IMG/VR virus record: IMGVR_UViG_3300047550_001767
Coordinates: 24,674 to 88,673 of that record
Reading direction: 5' to 3' (one strand)
From: a virus
DNA length: 64,000 nt
The notes beneath the pieces were generated by a model. That model did not search any database, had not been told where the DNA came from, and worked only from the letters and a program-made list of their open reading frames with translations. Position numbers and translations under genes: made by a program. Within the stretch, counting starts at the first letter, position 1. Every line of letters starts with the position of its first letter. This document shows, piece after piece, positions 1 to 9,837 of the stretch.

Positions 1-346
1 CACCGCCTCGTATTAGATTTAAGTGTTTTTGAAACTGAAAACTAATACACATTAGTGTACCCGGTATGTATCCGTTCTCTTTCCAATACACTGCTGCGTC
101 AACAATATTAGTGTTGTTTAAATAATAATAATTTTCCCATAGTTCATCAGTCCAAACATAGGGTATTCCTAATTTTGTAAATGTCATAGGTATGCTTGGA
201 TACGTATGGCGAGGACAGCCTGTAGTTTGAGGTTTTATAAGTCTTAAACATAATTCTACCGCATGTGTACAACAATCTGTTGCTACTGCATATGGCGCAT
301 TAAAATATCCTGCAATTAATTTTTCAAAATCATGAACCGGCTTCAT
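1..346 (-). CDS. DegT/DnrJ/EryC1/StrS-family PLP-dependent sugar aminotransferase (5' part; runs off window edge)
   Basis: Not in ORF track. Manual translation from ATG at 346: MKPVHDFEKLIAGYFNAPYAVATDCCTHAVELCL...NIVDAA...CISFQFQKHLNLIRGG. It has the FE...A.Y....AVA..T.A start, the DAA motif and the SF...K PLP-lysine motif. Overlaps the end of the upstream radical SAM gene. Confidence 0.85.
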   Translation of the reverse strand, partial: MKPVHDFEKLIAGYFNAPYAVATDCCTHAVELCLRLIKPQTTGCPRHTYPSIPMTFTKLGIPYVWTDELWENYYYLNNTNIVDAAVYWKENGYIPGTLMCISFQFQKHLNLIRGG

Positions 347-2576
347 TAGGCACCTTTGATTTAAATGATACTACTTGTTCTTTTGGTTTAGAGACTTCTA
401 AAGTTTTTGGTTTTTTCCAAGTTTCGCCGCCGGGTACTTCAATTATATATTTTTCCCAGTCGCTCCAATCTCCTTCACCTTCCCATACGTGGTCAAATGT
501 AAAATTAACACACTGATTCAATATTCTTTCTTCTTCAAGTAACCACATAAATTCTTCGTGGTTTCTCCCTGCATCGCCCCACTTAGGCTTAGCAAATATT
601 CTACTGCGCTTTGCTGTGTTAATATCATAACGGCTATAGTCCTGAGCAAAGAAAGGACTTCTACGTTCAAGTGGATCCGGAGGATTTACATTTGAAGGTG
701 GTTGAATAAATTTGATCCAACTTTTAGCCTTCCATTTACCTTCATCTGTAATTTCAAAGGTATGTTCTGCCCACATAGGACCAGCGTTACGATTGCCCCA
801 TTCTTTCATGTCTAGGTCTTCGTCAAATATCATAACTCCTTTAAAGCCGCCTCTGGTGCGCCATAACATACGCCAAAACGCAAACATTTCATTAAACATA
901 CTATCAGCAAAAGGACTGATATTAGGTTTGGCTATGTTGTAGTCAAACTTTTCATATTCAATTTCTTTAAACAAATGTGGATGATTAAAATCTATTTTAT
1001 AATGAAATTTAGGCAAATTTGATCTATTAGGTATGACTACCGGCTTATCAAATTTTATGTTTTGTAAAAACGCAGCGAACATTTTCATGCGTTTTACAAC
1101 GTGCATTTTACTCAATTTAAAGTCTTTTGTAATCCAATTATCCATGTACATATGATCTAGTACATTAAATCTTTCTAAATTTTGTCCTACAATACTTGTC
1201 GGGCCTAATCCAAAACCAAATCCTGCAGCGATATTTACTATTGATGTATTTCTATTACGCCATAAGAATGTCATTGTATCAGCAAAGTCTTGGTGTTCTT
1301 CGGTAGGAAATCCAATTAACCAATTAGTAAAAGCACCTATATTTGTTGTTGCGCCATCACGTAGATTTTGCTCCATCTCTTTAATAGTAACACCTTTGCT
1401 CATATCGTTGAGAACTTTTTGACTACCTGACTCAATACCGTAATTAAGCATTCTACAGCCACCGGCTGCAAGGTCTTTAAAGTATTCAAGATCCATGCGA
1501 CCATCACAACGAGCATAACCAGTCCAGTTTATTTTAAATCCCTTTGCTGCTACTGCCTTTACAAAGGCACGCAACTCATTTACGTTGCCATTAACTAGAC
1601 TATCAATAAACCAATATACATCGGTACCATAATTGTAGTATAGATGTTCAACTTCGCTTACAGCATCTATTGACTGACGCTGACGATAGCGCCAAAAGTG
1701 TGTTTCTTCACAGAATGTGCATTTGGCTGTACATCCGCGACTTAACTGACTACACACACCATTTGGAAAACGATACTCATTAAAATCAAAGTGACTATAA
1801 TCGGGCAGAGGTAAATTACTAATGTTAATACGTTGTTCTTCTGGTTGGCGACGTATTTGTACCTCATCGTATGTTACACCGTTTTCAATTTCATCTAATA
1901 TATCTAAGAATATTTGTTCCCCTTCACCATTACAAATATAATCATATATTTTAGTTCGTTGGGCTTCTTCAGTTAATCTGCCTATTTGATTATGAGTATT
2001 ACTTCCGCCTATTAATATTTTAACATGCGGTAATCTTTTTCTAATTTCTTTACACATATATTTAATAGGCTCTTCATTGCAATAGTATTGACTGAAGCCT
2101 ATCACATCAGGTGGGTTCTCACAAATTTTGTTAAGATGCTCGTTAAATAAAGGTTCTACGAAAGGATGAATATCAGTGTAATAGTTTGATGCTAGCCATT
2201 TCCATTCTCTAGTCCCGTCCCATGGATCAAAGTCCATTATTCCAGTTTGAACGTGGTGTCGCAAATATCTATAGGCTTTAATGTTTAAATCTAGTGCGGT
2301 AGTCTCATAGCCTGCACGTTTTGCAACAGCAGTTAAAAGTGCTGTGTTGTACGGCGGAAATTCTGGAGCCCATTCGGGCATCAATATCATTAGTATCTTT
2401 GTTTTTCTTGTAGCATAACTTACATCAACATCAGTTACGTTTTTCTGTACACTATTTTTTGCATAGGGAGCAATTGCTTCCATCATTACAAGATGTTTAG
2501 CATCAGCAATATCAGGAGTTGGTTTTTCGTTGGGCTTCCATTCTTTTTTGGCTAATGCCATAAACTCTTGATACAT
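330..2576 (-). CDS. Cobalamin (B12)-binding-domain radical SAM protein (class B methyltransferase-like)
   Basis: SRGCTAKCTFC (CxxxCxxC preceded by SRG). N-terminal Rossmann-like B12 domain (PDVIGFS...ILIGG...ICNGEGE) and GIESGSQKVL..M.KG motif typical of class B enzymes. Confidence 0.88.
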   Translation of the reverse strand: MYQEFMALAKKEWKPNEKPTPDIADAKHLVMMEAIAPYAKNSVQKNVTDVDVSYATRKTKILMILMPEWAPEFPPYNTALLTAVAKRAGYETTALDLNIKAYRYLRHHVQTGIMDFDPWDGTREWKWLASNYYTDIHPFVEPLFNEHLNKICENPPDVIGFSQYYCNEEPIKYMCKEIRKRLPHVKILIGGSNTHNQIGRLTEEAQRTKIYDYICNGEGEQIFLDILDEIENGVTYDEVQIRRQPEEQRINISNLPLPDYSHFDFNEYRFPNGVCSQLSRGCTAKCTFCEETHFWRYRQRQSIDAVSEVEHLYYNYGTDVYWFIDSLVNGNVNELRAFVKAVAAKGFKINWTGYARCDGRMDLEYFKDLAAGGCRMLNYGIESGSQKVLNDMSKGVTIKEMEQNLRDGATTNIGAFTNWLIGFPTEEHQDFADTMTFLWRNRNTSIVNIAAGFGFGLGPTSIVGQNLERFNVLDHMYMDNWITKDFKLSKMHVVKRMKMFAAFLQNIKFDKPVVIPNRSNLPKFHYKIDFNHPHLFKEIEYEKFDYNIAKPNISPFADSMFNEMFAFWRMLWRTRGGFKGVMIFDEDLDMKEWGNRNAGPMWAEHTFEITDEGKWKAKSWIKFIQPPSNVNPPDPLERRSPFFAQDYSRYDINTAKRSRIFAKPKWGDAGRNHEEFMWLLEEERILNQCVNFTFDHVWEGEGDWSDWEKYIIEVPGGETWKKPKTLEVSKPKEQVVSFKSKVPNEAGS

Positions 2577-2578
2577 AA

Positions 2579-3730
2579 TTAATCCTCAAATAGACTATCG
2601 ATGGGAGGTCCTACTCTATGATCTGTAAGACTCAAAAGATATTTATAGTTATATTCCACTATAGGTTTAATATTTTTTTGCCATTCTAACCACTCATTTT
2701 TTGTAAATTTTTCCAAACGTTTAATTTCCTTTACTATCATATCAAATCTTTTATCCGGGTCCTGTTCGTTGTCATAACTTTCGTCTATATATGGGTGAAA
2801 AGTTTTATAGCCTCTTTGTTGTAACACCTTAAGTGTTCCATGCCAGGCTATTGCTATAAAAGGATGTTTAAGTGCTAATGGTTTATAAATCTTTTCACTT
2901 AGGAAAAGTGTGTCCATATAATCAAAAAACGGACTCTTTTTTGAATCGTAAGGTTCATAAAGAGTTTCTGCGACTACGCTGAAATAACTTTCTTGATGGT
3001 AAATTAAATCATCGGGGCAAACATCAACTGGATTATGTCTACTTTCAGTAATGTTTAATCTAAGAGGAAGTTTGTCTTTAATAGACAATATTTGTTTATA
3101 TTCTTCATCTGAAATTAAGGGTAATTTACTGTAGTTTTCGGGTTCCAACCAACCGGGAAATTGTCCTTCAAAACTAAAAAAAGATTTTTTAAGCCAATCA
3201 TTTTTAATGGCTGCTGCTAAAAAGCGTAATCTATGATGTCTGTGAAGTTTATTAAAACATACAAATAATTTTTCTTTTTCTTTTATTTCATATGGTTGAT
3301 TCAAATCAGGTTGATGTAGCGTATGCCAATATATAGTTTGTTCAAAATGATGTGCTCCTATAACGGTAAGTCTGTTATCCCAACCATATTTTTCACAAAT
3401 TTGATCATAAAATTCTTGAGCGTGGGGTACGCCTACTGTAAAAATTAAATCTTTTTTGGGTATTTCTTTACATAGTTCAGCAATAGTTTGAACTTTAAAT
3501 AATACTGAAAACAAAAAAGTTTCGCTACTGTTAAAGAAAATAATTTTCTTTACAGGTTTTTTACTAGGTGTACCATGATATGCATCACGTACTTCCTTAA
3601 CTAACTCTAATGTACTTCTTGAAACTATACTATGGTCTACAAACGTAGAAGCATAGACCATGTAAAATTCGTCTTGCCAATATTTTAATTCAGGAAAACT
3701 ACGTAAAGTGGCTTTAAGAGGACCAGACAT
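2579..3730 (-). CDS. GT10-like/GT-B glycosyltransferase-like protein
   Basis: FVCFNKLHRHHR, then SYFSVVAET...FLSEKIYKP...HPFI...GYKTFHPYIDESYD, resembling the fucosyltransferase-type F.EN...Y.TEK motif. Paralogue of 5862..7100. Confidence 0.55.
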   Translation of the reverse strand: MSGPLKATLRSFPELKYWQDEFYMVYASTFVDHSIVSRSTLELVKEVRDAYHGTPSKKPVKKIIFFNSSETFLFSVLFKVQTIAELCKEIPKKDLIFTVGVPHAQEFYDQICEKYGWDNRLTVIGAHHFEQTIYWHTLHQPDLNQPYEIKEKEKLFVCFNKLHRHHRLRFLAAAIKNDWLKKSFFSFEGQFPGWLEPENYSKLPLISDEEYKQILSIKDKLPLRLNITESRHNPVDVCPDDLIYHQESYFSVVAETLYEPYDSKKSPFFDYMDTLFLSEKIYKPLALKHPFIAIAWHGTLKVLQQRGYKTFHPYIDESYDNEQDPDKRFDMIVKEIKRLEKFTKNEWLEWQKNIKPIVEYNYKYLLSLTDHRVGPPIDSLFED

Positions 3731-3762
3731 AAAATCTGATCCTGCTATAGTAGTATACTTGT

Positions 3763-4971
3763 TTAAGGATTTAATTTTTTTTTTCTGGTGTCGCCGTAAT
3801 GAATAATTTCAGCATTACATTGATCTTTTTCTAGTTTGCGCCAAGGATCAACTACTGTTACATAACTAGGTAGTGAGCCAATAAGTCCCTGAGTCCATTT
3901 ATCCCAGTATCCTATAAGATATACATTTGCCCACTGTGGGTCAAGTTCTAGATCATTTGTATTTTGATCATAATATCTTACTTGTCCGCCGTGTTTTTCA
4001 ATGTAGTGTCCGACAAGCATACTTGCGCTACCATTAGTATAAGGCACTGCAGGCTTATATGCCTTACCAATTATAACAACTCTTGTTCCGTACTTTAAAC
4101 ATGCCAAAGCCATGCGCTCTGCTTGTTTCTCTCTTGCTGTCATAATAGCATCAAATAAATCATAACCTAAATCAAGACGCTCTGCAAGATAGCGCAATGC
4201 TATATTGTCACGTGGATGACAAGCGCCGGCGTCTCCTAAGGCTGCCTTCATGTATGCAGGGCCCATAATTCGATGTGTTGATTTTGCTAATGCATTTGTT
4301 ACAACATCAACATTCATGTTGCCGTTAGTCTCAGCAACATCTTGTATCATATTAACTAATGCTAACTTTGTGCTTATAAATGTATTATAGAAAATCTTAA
4401 TTGCCTCTGCTTCATCCCAGGTACCTACTTCATAACGAGGGTTATTTTCCATAAACGGTTTATAAAACTCTATCAATTCTTGTGCATCACCGGTAAGGCT
4501 ACCATCTTCAGTACCAATAATTACCATTTCAGGATTTACCATATCCCATTTTACAGTACCCATAGCGATCAAATATGGATTATAAATGAATCTAGCATTG
4601 GTTATATGTTGCACTAAATGATTTCTAACTGTGCCAGGTAAAACTGTAGAAATTAGTACTACCAATTTTTCTTTAGTGGCATACTTATTAACTTCTTTCA
4701 ATATTTCTACTACAGTACTATAATCAAAATCTTTATTGGGTAAGTGACTAGTAGGAGTCTCTCCGCCATAAATCGGGTCATGTGGAGTAGGGGCGGCAAT
4801 GAATATAATATCGCCGTGGCCTACTGCTTCTTCTATGCTTTTACACATGCCGAATCTAGGTTCAACTACAGGATTAACATCGTATCCCATAACGATATAA
4901 TGTTCAGACATGACTTGGGCACAATCTTTACCCAACTTACCTACACCAATCATTGTTACTCTTTTAATCAT
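3763..4971 (-). CDS. ugd: UDP-glucose/GDP-mannose 6-dehydrogenase family protein
   Basis: GVGKLG Rossmann motif, FIAAPTP, STVLPGT, EAIKIFYNTF, catalytic GACHPRD, AYKP. Confidence 0.9.
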   Translation of the reverse strand: MIKRVTMIGVGKLGKDCAQVMSEHYIVMGYDVNPVVEPRFGMCKSIEEAVGHGDIIFIAAPTPHDPIYGGETPTSHLPNKDFDYSTVVEILKEVNKYATKEKLVVLISTVLPGTVRNHLVQHITNARFIYNPYLIAMGTVKWDMVNPEMVIIGTEDGSLTGDAQELIEFYKPFMENNPRYEVGTWDEAEAIKIFYNTFISTKLALVNMIQDVAETNGNMNVDVVTNALAKSTHRIMGPAYMKAALGDAGACHPRDNIALRYLAERLDLGYDLFDAIMTAREKQAERMALACLKYGTRVVIIGKAYKPAVPYTNGSASMLVGHYIEKHGGQVRYYDQNTNDLELDPQWANVYLIGYWDKWTQGLIGSLPSYVTVVDPWRKLEKDQCNAEIIHYGDTRKKKLNP

Positions 4972-4991
4972 GAATTCCTCAAATTTAGTTT

Positions 4992-4999
4992 TATTTATT
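4992..4999 (-). promoter_or_regulatory. Possible late-promoter core (AATAAATA) upstream of ugd
   Basis: ATAAATA core in a 45-bp intergenic gap, ~20 nt upstream of the start. AT-rich context makes it weak evidence. Confidence 0.35.
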
Positions 5000-5016
5000 T
5001 GGATAAAATATGTAGG

Positions 5017-5865
5017 TTAAATTAAATGTAAATTATGAAAATAATTACTATTACTTTCTACTATATTATTAAACCATTTTTCAATTACTGTCCTTTCTTT
5101 TAAATCTAAAAGTTCAGTATTATACTGTAGGACTTTCTCTGCGTTTTTGTCTGAAATATTGAATCCTAAATTTTTTAAATATTCCATATACATTTTTGGA
5201 TTAGGATGATAATCTTGGAATGGCGTTTTCCATGAGGAATATGATATAGATGTCCAGTGATATTGATGCCCATTTATCCAACCGCCCTTGCCGTCTTTAA
5301 CAAATTCATATAGACAATTTGGCATGTCAAATATCACATCTCTATATAAATCAACTACATCATCTAATCCTACATCTCCTGTATAATATCTTATGTCATA
5401 TATAGGATCGACTGCTTTTAAAACAACTGCGTGACATGGTAAATATCGTAACGAATTCATCGTGGTAGACATTAAACCTAAATCTCTAATAATATAACCG
5501 CGTACACAAGTATATTTTTTAATAAATTCTTTAGAATAAAAATCTTGTGTCCAAATGTTTCCAGGAGTTTGCCAACCGTTTTCAATATAACGATCTTCTC
5601 TGCTAAACGTGCTCCACATAATCAGTACTAAATCTTTGTCTGTAAATCTATACTTTTGATTAGCACTTGATATACGCTCAGTAATATAGAGATTGCCTGC
5701 CCCCGAACTACCAAAATTGTATATTAATGTATCCTCATTTGTCTCCATAGATAGAATATTTGCCCAAGTAGGCCAAGTATAGTGTGTAAAACTACAACCA
5801 AAAATGAACACGCGGCTATAAGATTTAAAATCTATGTCTTTATAATTCCTAAAGTCTAAAATCAT
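5017..5865 (-). CDS. SGNH/GDSL hydrolase-like protein (putative acyl esterase/transferase)
   Basis: Block I FGCSFT, block II NFGSSGAGN, C-terminal DYHP. Confidence 0.6.
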   Translation of the reverse strand: MILDFRNYKDIDFKSYSRVFIFGCSFTHYTWPTWANILSMETNEDTLIYNFGSSGAGNLYITERISSANQKYRFTDKDLVLIMWSTFSREDRYIENGWQTPGNIWTQDFYSKEFIKKYTCVRGYIIRDLGLMSTTMNSLRYLPCHAVVLKAVDPIYDIRYYTGDVGLDDVVDLYRDVIFDMPNCLYEFVKDGKGGWINGHQYHWTSISYSSWKTPFQDYHPNPKMYMEYLKNLGFNISDKNAEKVLQYNTELLDLKERTVIEKWFNNIVESNSNYFHNLHLI

Positions 5866-7100
5866 AAAAGTTTTCTCACAAAGTTCTTATGGAGTAATTC
5901 GCATTTAGGATCATCTCCCCTTAAAAATGGGGCAGTCTTACTAATAATCATTTTTTGATTGTGTTCACAAATAGGTTTTACATTGTCTATAAAAGTTTGT
6001 ATCTCGTCATTATTGTAATTGCAAATTTTTTCGATCTCTTTAATTATTTTTTTAAGTCTTTCACAATCATCAAATTCATTATCGTAACTTTCATCTATAT
6101 AAGGATGAAACGTTTTATATCCTATTTCTCGTAATAATTCTAAACTTTTCGGTACGGTAACAAATATAAAAGGGTGACCTACGGCGATAGGTTTGAATAT
6201 CTTTTCACTTAGAAATCTTGCCTCATTCATTCCTTCCCCATGATAAAATGTAGTTTCAGTAACTACACTTACTAAACTATTAAGGTATAGATAAAGACTT
6301 TTGCCTTCTAGATGCGGTTTATTTTCTACTAATTCATCAGTATCTAGATAAAGTTCTGGCATATTTAATATGCTTTGCTCATTGTCGGTTAAGAGTTTAG
6401 AAATTTCTGCATCTTTACTATGATGTCCTTTAATCCACCACCAAATATCATTCCATCCTCGACAATCATCACTACGTGCTAAACTTACATATCCTTGTGG
6501 AAGCAAATTTTTAGCATGTAATAATGCGACTAATGTAGGCCTGTGTAGGCGCCATCTACGATTAAAATTCAAGAATCGTTTCGGGTATGGTTGATATGTT
6601 AATACTTTGCTATAATCAACACTTATTTGTTGCGCTTCTATGCTTATTGATTCTTCAAACTCCAATAACCATTCTACGTTCATATACTCAAAATTATTTT
6701 CATCAGCATATTTTTTAACTGCTTTACCTAAATCTGCTGCTTCATTTGCTATGTAAATTTTATGAGCTGGAATACCGGCATCAACAACTAATGATTGATA
6801 AAGGGGTTCAACTATGTCTAAAAAAGCCTCATGTGTATTTGCCAAATACAAATATGTTCTACTATCTGTTTTTATTTTATCCAAAATAACTTCAGGCATT
6901 ACAGAGTCTATAGGAAAGACATCAAATGCGTCACCGTGAAAAAATTCAATATACCAGTAATCTTTATCATCCCAAGTTCTTAACAACCATATTAAACAAC
7001 CGTCGGCCTCATGACGTATCCAGTTATCATTTTCATTACCAGTTCTAGAGGTATGTAAATATTTAAAGCCCAATTTATATTGTTTATTGAGTAAAGCCAT
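5862..7100 (-). CDS. GT10-like/GT-B glycosyltransferase-like protein
   Basis: FLNFNRRWRLHR, SVVTET...FLSEKIFKP...HPFI...GYKTFHPYIDESYDNE (16 aa identical to 2579..3730). Confidence 0.55.
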   Translation of the reverse strand: MALLNKQYKLGFKYLHTSRTGNENDNWIRHEADGCLIWLLRTWDDKDYWYIEFFHGDAFDVFPIDSVMPEVILDKIKTDSRTYLYLANTHEAFLDIVEPLYQSLVVDAGIPAHKIYIANEAADLGKAVKKYADENNFEYMNVEWLLEFEESISIEAQQISVDYSKVLTYQPYPKRFLNFNRRWRLHRPTLVALLHAKNLLPQGYVSLARSDDCRGWNDIWWWIKGHHSKDAEISKLLTDNEQSILNMPELYLDTDELVENKPHLEGKSLYLYLNSLVSVVTETTFYHGEGMNEARFLSEKIFKPIAVGHPFIFVTVPKSLELLREIGYKTFHPYIDESYDNEFDDCERLKKIIKEIEKICNYNNDEIQTFIDNVKPICEHNQKMIISKTAPFLRGDDPKCELLHKNFVRKLL

Positions 7101-7103
7101 ATA

Positions 7104-7814
7104 TTAAAAATTAATTTCTACCATTTTTCCCGGTTTGTAATTGTCTATGCATTCAATTATAGCATTCGCTAATAACTTATGCATTTTAAGTGATAAATGG
7201 CATTCTCTAGTTTCATTTGATAAATTTTGAGGCCACTCGTCCTTTCTGCTCAAAAGCATTAAAGGAGGTCTTACTTCTGCACAATTTTCAAAACGATGAA
7301 AGTATTTAATATCTTTAAAGTTCACTGAATCATAAATTTCCCATTTATTAAGTGGTACCTGCGAGAAAACATGTAAGTTAATAAATTTTACTGATGGAAA
7401 ATCAAGAACCATATGATCATACATGTTCATTAGTGCAGACATTTCAATATCTGGTTTTTCAGTAAGGGCAAAGTGTTTATAATAGTTGATTGCGGCTTTA
7501 TACACAGGGTTGTTAATATCTGTTGTATCGGTAACTTTTCTATTTGCTATGCTCTCATTTAAAACAGGCATAAAATTATTGTATAATCTATTAATATCAG
7601 ACCAAACAAATATAACAACATCTGGCACAGATTCATTTTTCATGTAATCAAGAAAATTAAAAAATGCTGACCACGGACCAGTTCCGCTCACCCCTCTGAA
7701 ATCGACATCAGCATTATACTTTGATCTTAGAATACCTTCATAGACCTGTGGTATTAAAGGATTACCCTGTTGTAATCTTAATATAAAACTATCTCCAAAA
7801 CCTACAATTTTCAT
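7104..7814 (-). CDS. SGNH/GDSL hydrolase-like protein
   Basis: MKIVGFGDSF block I, GVSGTG block II, C-terminal ETRECHL. Tandem paralogue of 7811..8584. Confidence 0.6.
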   Translation of the reverse strand: MKIVGFGDSFILRLQQGNPLIPQVYEGILRSKYNADVDFRGVSGTGPWSAFFNFLDYMKNESVPDVVIFVWSDINRLYNNFMPVLNESIANRKVTDTTDINNPVYKAAINYYKHFALTEKPDIEMSALMNMYDHMVLDFPSVKFINLHVFSQVPLNKWEIYDSVNFKDIKYFHRFENCAEVRPPLMLLSRKDEWPQNLSNETRECHLSLKMHKLLANAIIECIDNYKPGKMVEINF

Positions 7815-8584
7815 TTTGTCACTAATTTGGTTAAATAAGGTTTATCCATCTTATAGGATTCTATTTCTACTAATAAACCAGGTTCATACTTATCTATACA
7901 ATTTATAATTGCTTCGGCTACAATTATATGCATAGCCTCTGTTAAATGGCAAGTCCGCGTTTCTAAATGCATTTTGTTACCGCCGGGCCAACCATCTCTG
8001 CGACTCATCCACATTAATGCTGGTCTAACCTCTGCACAATTTATAAATCTATGATGATAGTCTAATTGTTTTGGTCCTAGTTTATCATAGTGATCCCACC
8101 ATTGAAAACGCTTTAAATAAGAAAAGTTATGTAAATTAATAAATTTTATGTTAGGATAATTAAAGACAAATTTATCAAAATACATCATTAAAGAACGCAA
8201 TTCATAATTTTCTTTTTTATGATCCGCTATATATAATCCATAATCTAAAGCTGCCTGGTAAATTTCTGAATTAATATGGTTTTCTTGTATTTTATTCTTG
8301 CAGGTACCCCGTGTAGTATCAAGGATGTTAGGATGATATAAGGATCTGCACGCCTCACTCCAGCCGAATAAAACAACATCAGGTAGAACCTCTGCTTCTT
8401 TAAGGTAGTTTCTGCACTTTATAAACGCATGCCATGGACCAGAACCAGGATCGCCATAAAATTCTACGTTAGTTTCGTCAGCCTTATAATTTTTTAATAA
8501 TAAGCCCTGATAACATGCAAATTCATAACTCGATAAATTGTGAACATCATGTTGAAAACTATCCCCGAAAGCAACTATTTTCAT
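7811..8584 (-). CDS. SGNH/GDSL hydrolase-like protein
   Basis: MKIVAFGDSF, GDPGSG, C-terminal ETRTCHL. Shares RF.NCAEVRP.LM..SR.D.WP with its neighbour. Confidence 0.6.
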   Translation of the reverse strand: MKIVAFGDSFQHDVHNLSSYEFACYQGLLLKNYKADETNVEFYGDPGSGPWHAFIKCRNYLKEAEVLPDVVLFGWSEACRSLYHPNILDTTRGTCKNKIQENHINSEIYQAALDYGLYIADHKKENYELRSLMMYFDKFVFNYPNIKFINLHNFSYLKRFQWWDHYDKLGPKQLDYHHRFINCAEVRPALMWMSRRDGWPGGNKMHLETRTCHLTEAMHIIVAEAIINCIDKYEPGLLVEIESYKMDKPYLTKLVTK

Positions 8585-9837
8585 TCAAATACCCAAAATT
8601 CTTTCATATATGGTAAATAATCAAATATCTTTCTGTTTCTATATTTATCCAGTGGTTCAACAAAATCACGCATCCTGCGCCAATGAGCGAGACGTATTTT
8701 TTCATCTACCTTAGCCTTTAACACATTTGTTCTAATATTTTCAATAGCAGGTAACCACTTATCTTCAAGGTTAACTGTTTTTAAATAATTTTGTAGATCA
8801 TCCAACATGATTGCTGTTTTATTTTTTAATTCTATTGGAGCATAAGCAGGATTAAAATAACTAGGATTGTTTACGCATTGTACGTGCGGCAACGATTTTA
8901 ATATTCCGCATCCTTCATCAGCAACCTGTGTTTCCCACCATTTAACAATATCACCAAATGTTAATAGATTCAATGATGTTACTGTATGACTTAAATTAAT
9001 ATAATAATCGCCGTTTTGTTTAGCAATATTTTTTATACTATCTAATTGACTAGTTACTTTTTTCCATGTAAAGGGATATCGTATGTATTCGTTTACTTTT
9101 CCTACACCATCAATACTGACTGTTATGTGTTTAGTGCTAAATTGACTCCACAGTTCTAGCATCTCATCACTTATACCTGTTAAATTAGTAACAAATCCCA
9201 ATGTAATATCTTTGCTACGTCCTTGTTCTATTAACCTTTTTAACAGATAGGTAACAGCATCATTGATTGTAGGCTCGCCGCCCGCAAACTGCACTGCTTT
9301 TAAGTTAGTCAACTTATCTAATATTGGTGCAATATTTTCTTCTTTAAACCAATTTAAGTTTGGATGATTCCATACAAACCCTGTAATATCTTCTTGCTCT
9401 TTAGCCCATAGTGAACTGGCTGAACTATTGCACATCAAACATGCACTATTACACTTGTTCCCTGTAGTAACATCTAATAAAAAGATTTTACTAAAGTCTG
9501 TAACTTCAGGATTATCTACACGCCAACTTTGTCCGGTTTTTTCTTCCACACCAGCAAGCGTGTGATTAAAGATTTGTCTTGTGCTTGCTTGTCCAACATC
9601 TTCACGTATCTTACATAAATTACATATAGGATTCCATTTGCCTTCTAACATGTCTTTACGTAATTTAACCATGTTTTCATTGTTAAACCATGTAGGCAAA
9701 TGATTTCTATAATCTGCTAATTGATGGTCTGTTTCACGCCAAAAATATGTATCAACAGCGCAGCAAGGTCTGCTTCCGCCATGTGGGCCAAAACTTACTG
9801 AGTTAAATGCTAATGAGCAATATAAATCTTTAGGCAT
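8581..9837 (-). CDS. Radical SAM protein with N-terminal twitch (SPASM-like) domain
   Basis: N-terminal C...PCC...CNLC, core GNKCNSACLMC, AGGEP, SIDG...YIRY. Confidence 0.88.
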   Translation of the reverse strand: MPKDLYCSLAFNSVSFGPHGGSRPCCAVDTYFWRETDHQLADYRNHLPTWFNNENMVKLRKDMLEGKWNPICNLCKIREDVGQASTRQIFNHTLAGVEEKTGQSWRVDNPEVTDFSKIFLLDVTTGNKCNSACLMCNSSASSLWAKEQEDITGFVWNHPNLNWFKEENIAPILDKLTNLKAVQFAGGEPTINDAVTYLLKRLIEQGRSKDITLGFVTNLTGISDEMLELWSQFSTKHITVSIDGVGKVNEYIRYPFTWKKVTSQLDSIKNIAKQNGDYYINLSHTVTSLNLLTFGDIVKWWETQVADEGCGILKSLPHVQCVNNPSYFNPAYAPIELKNKTAIMLDDLQNYLKTVNLEDKWLPAIENIRTNVLKAKVDEKIRLAHWRRMRDFVEPLDKYRNRKIFDYLPYMKEFWVFE

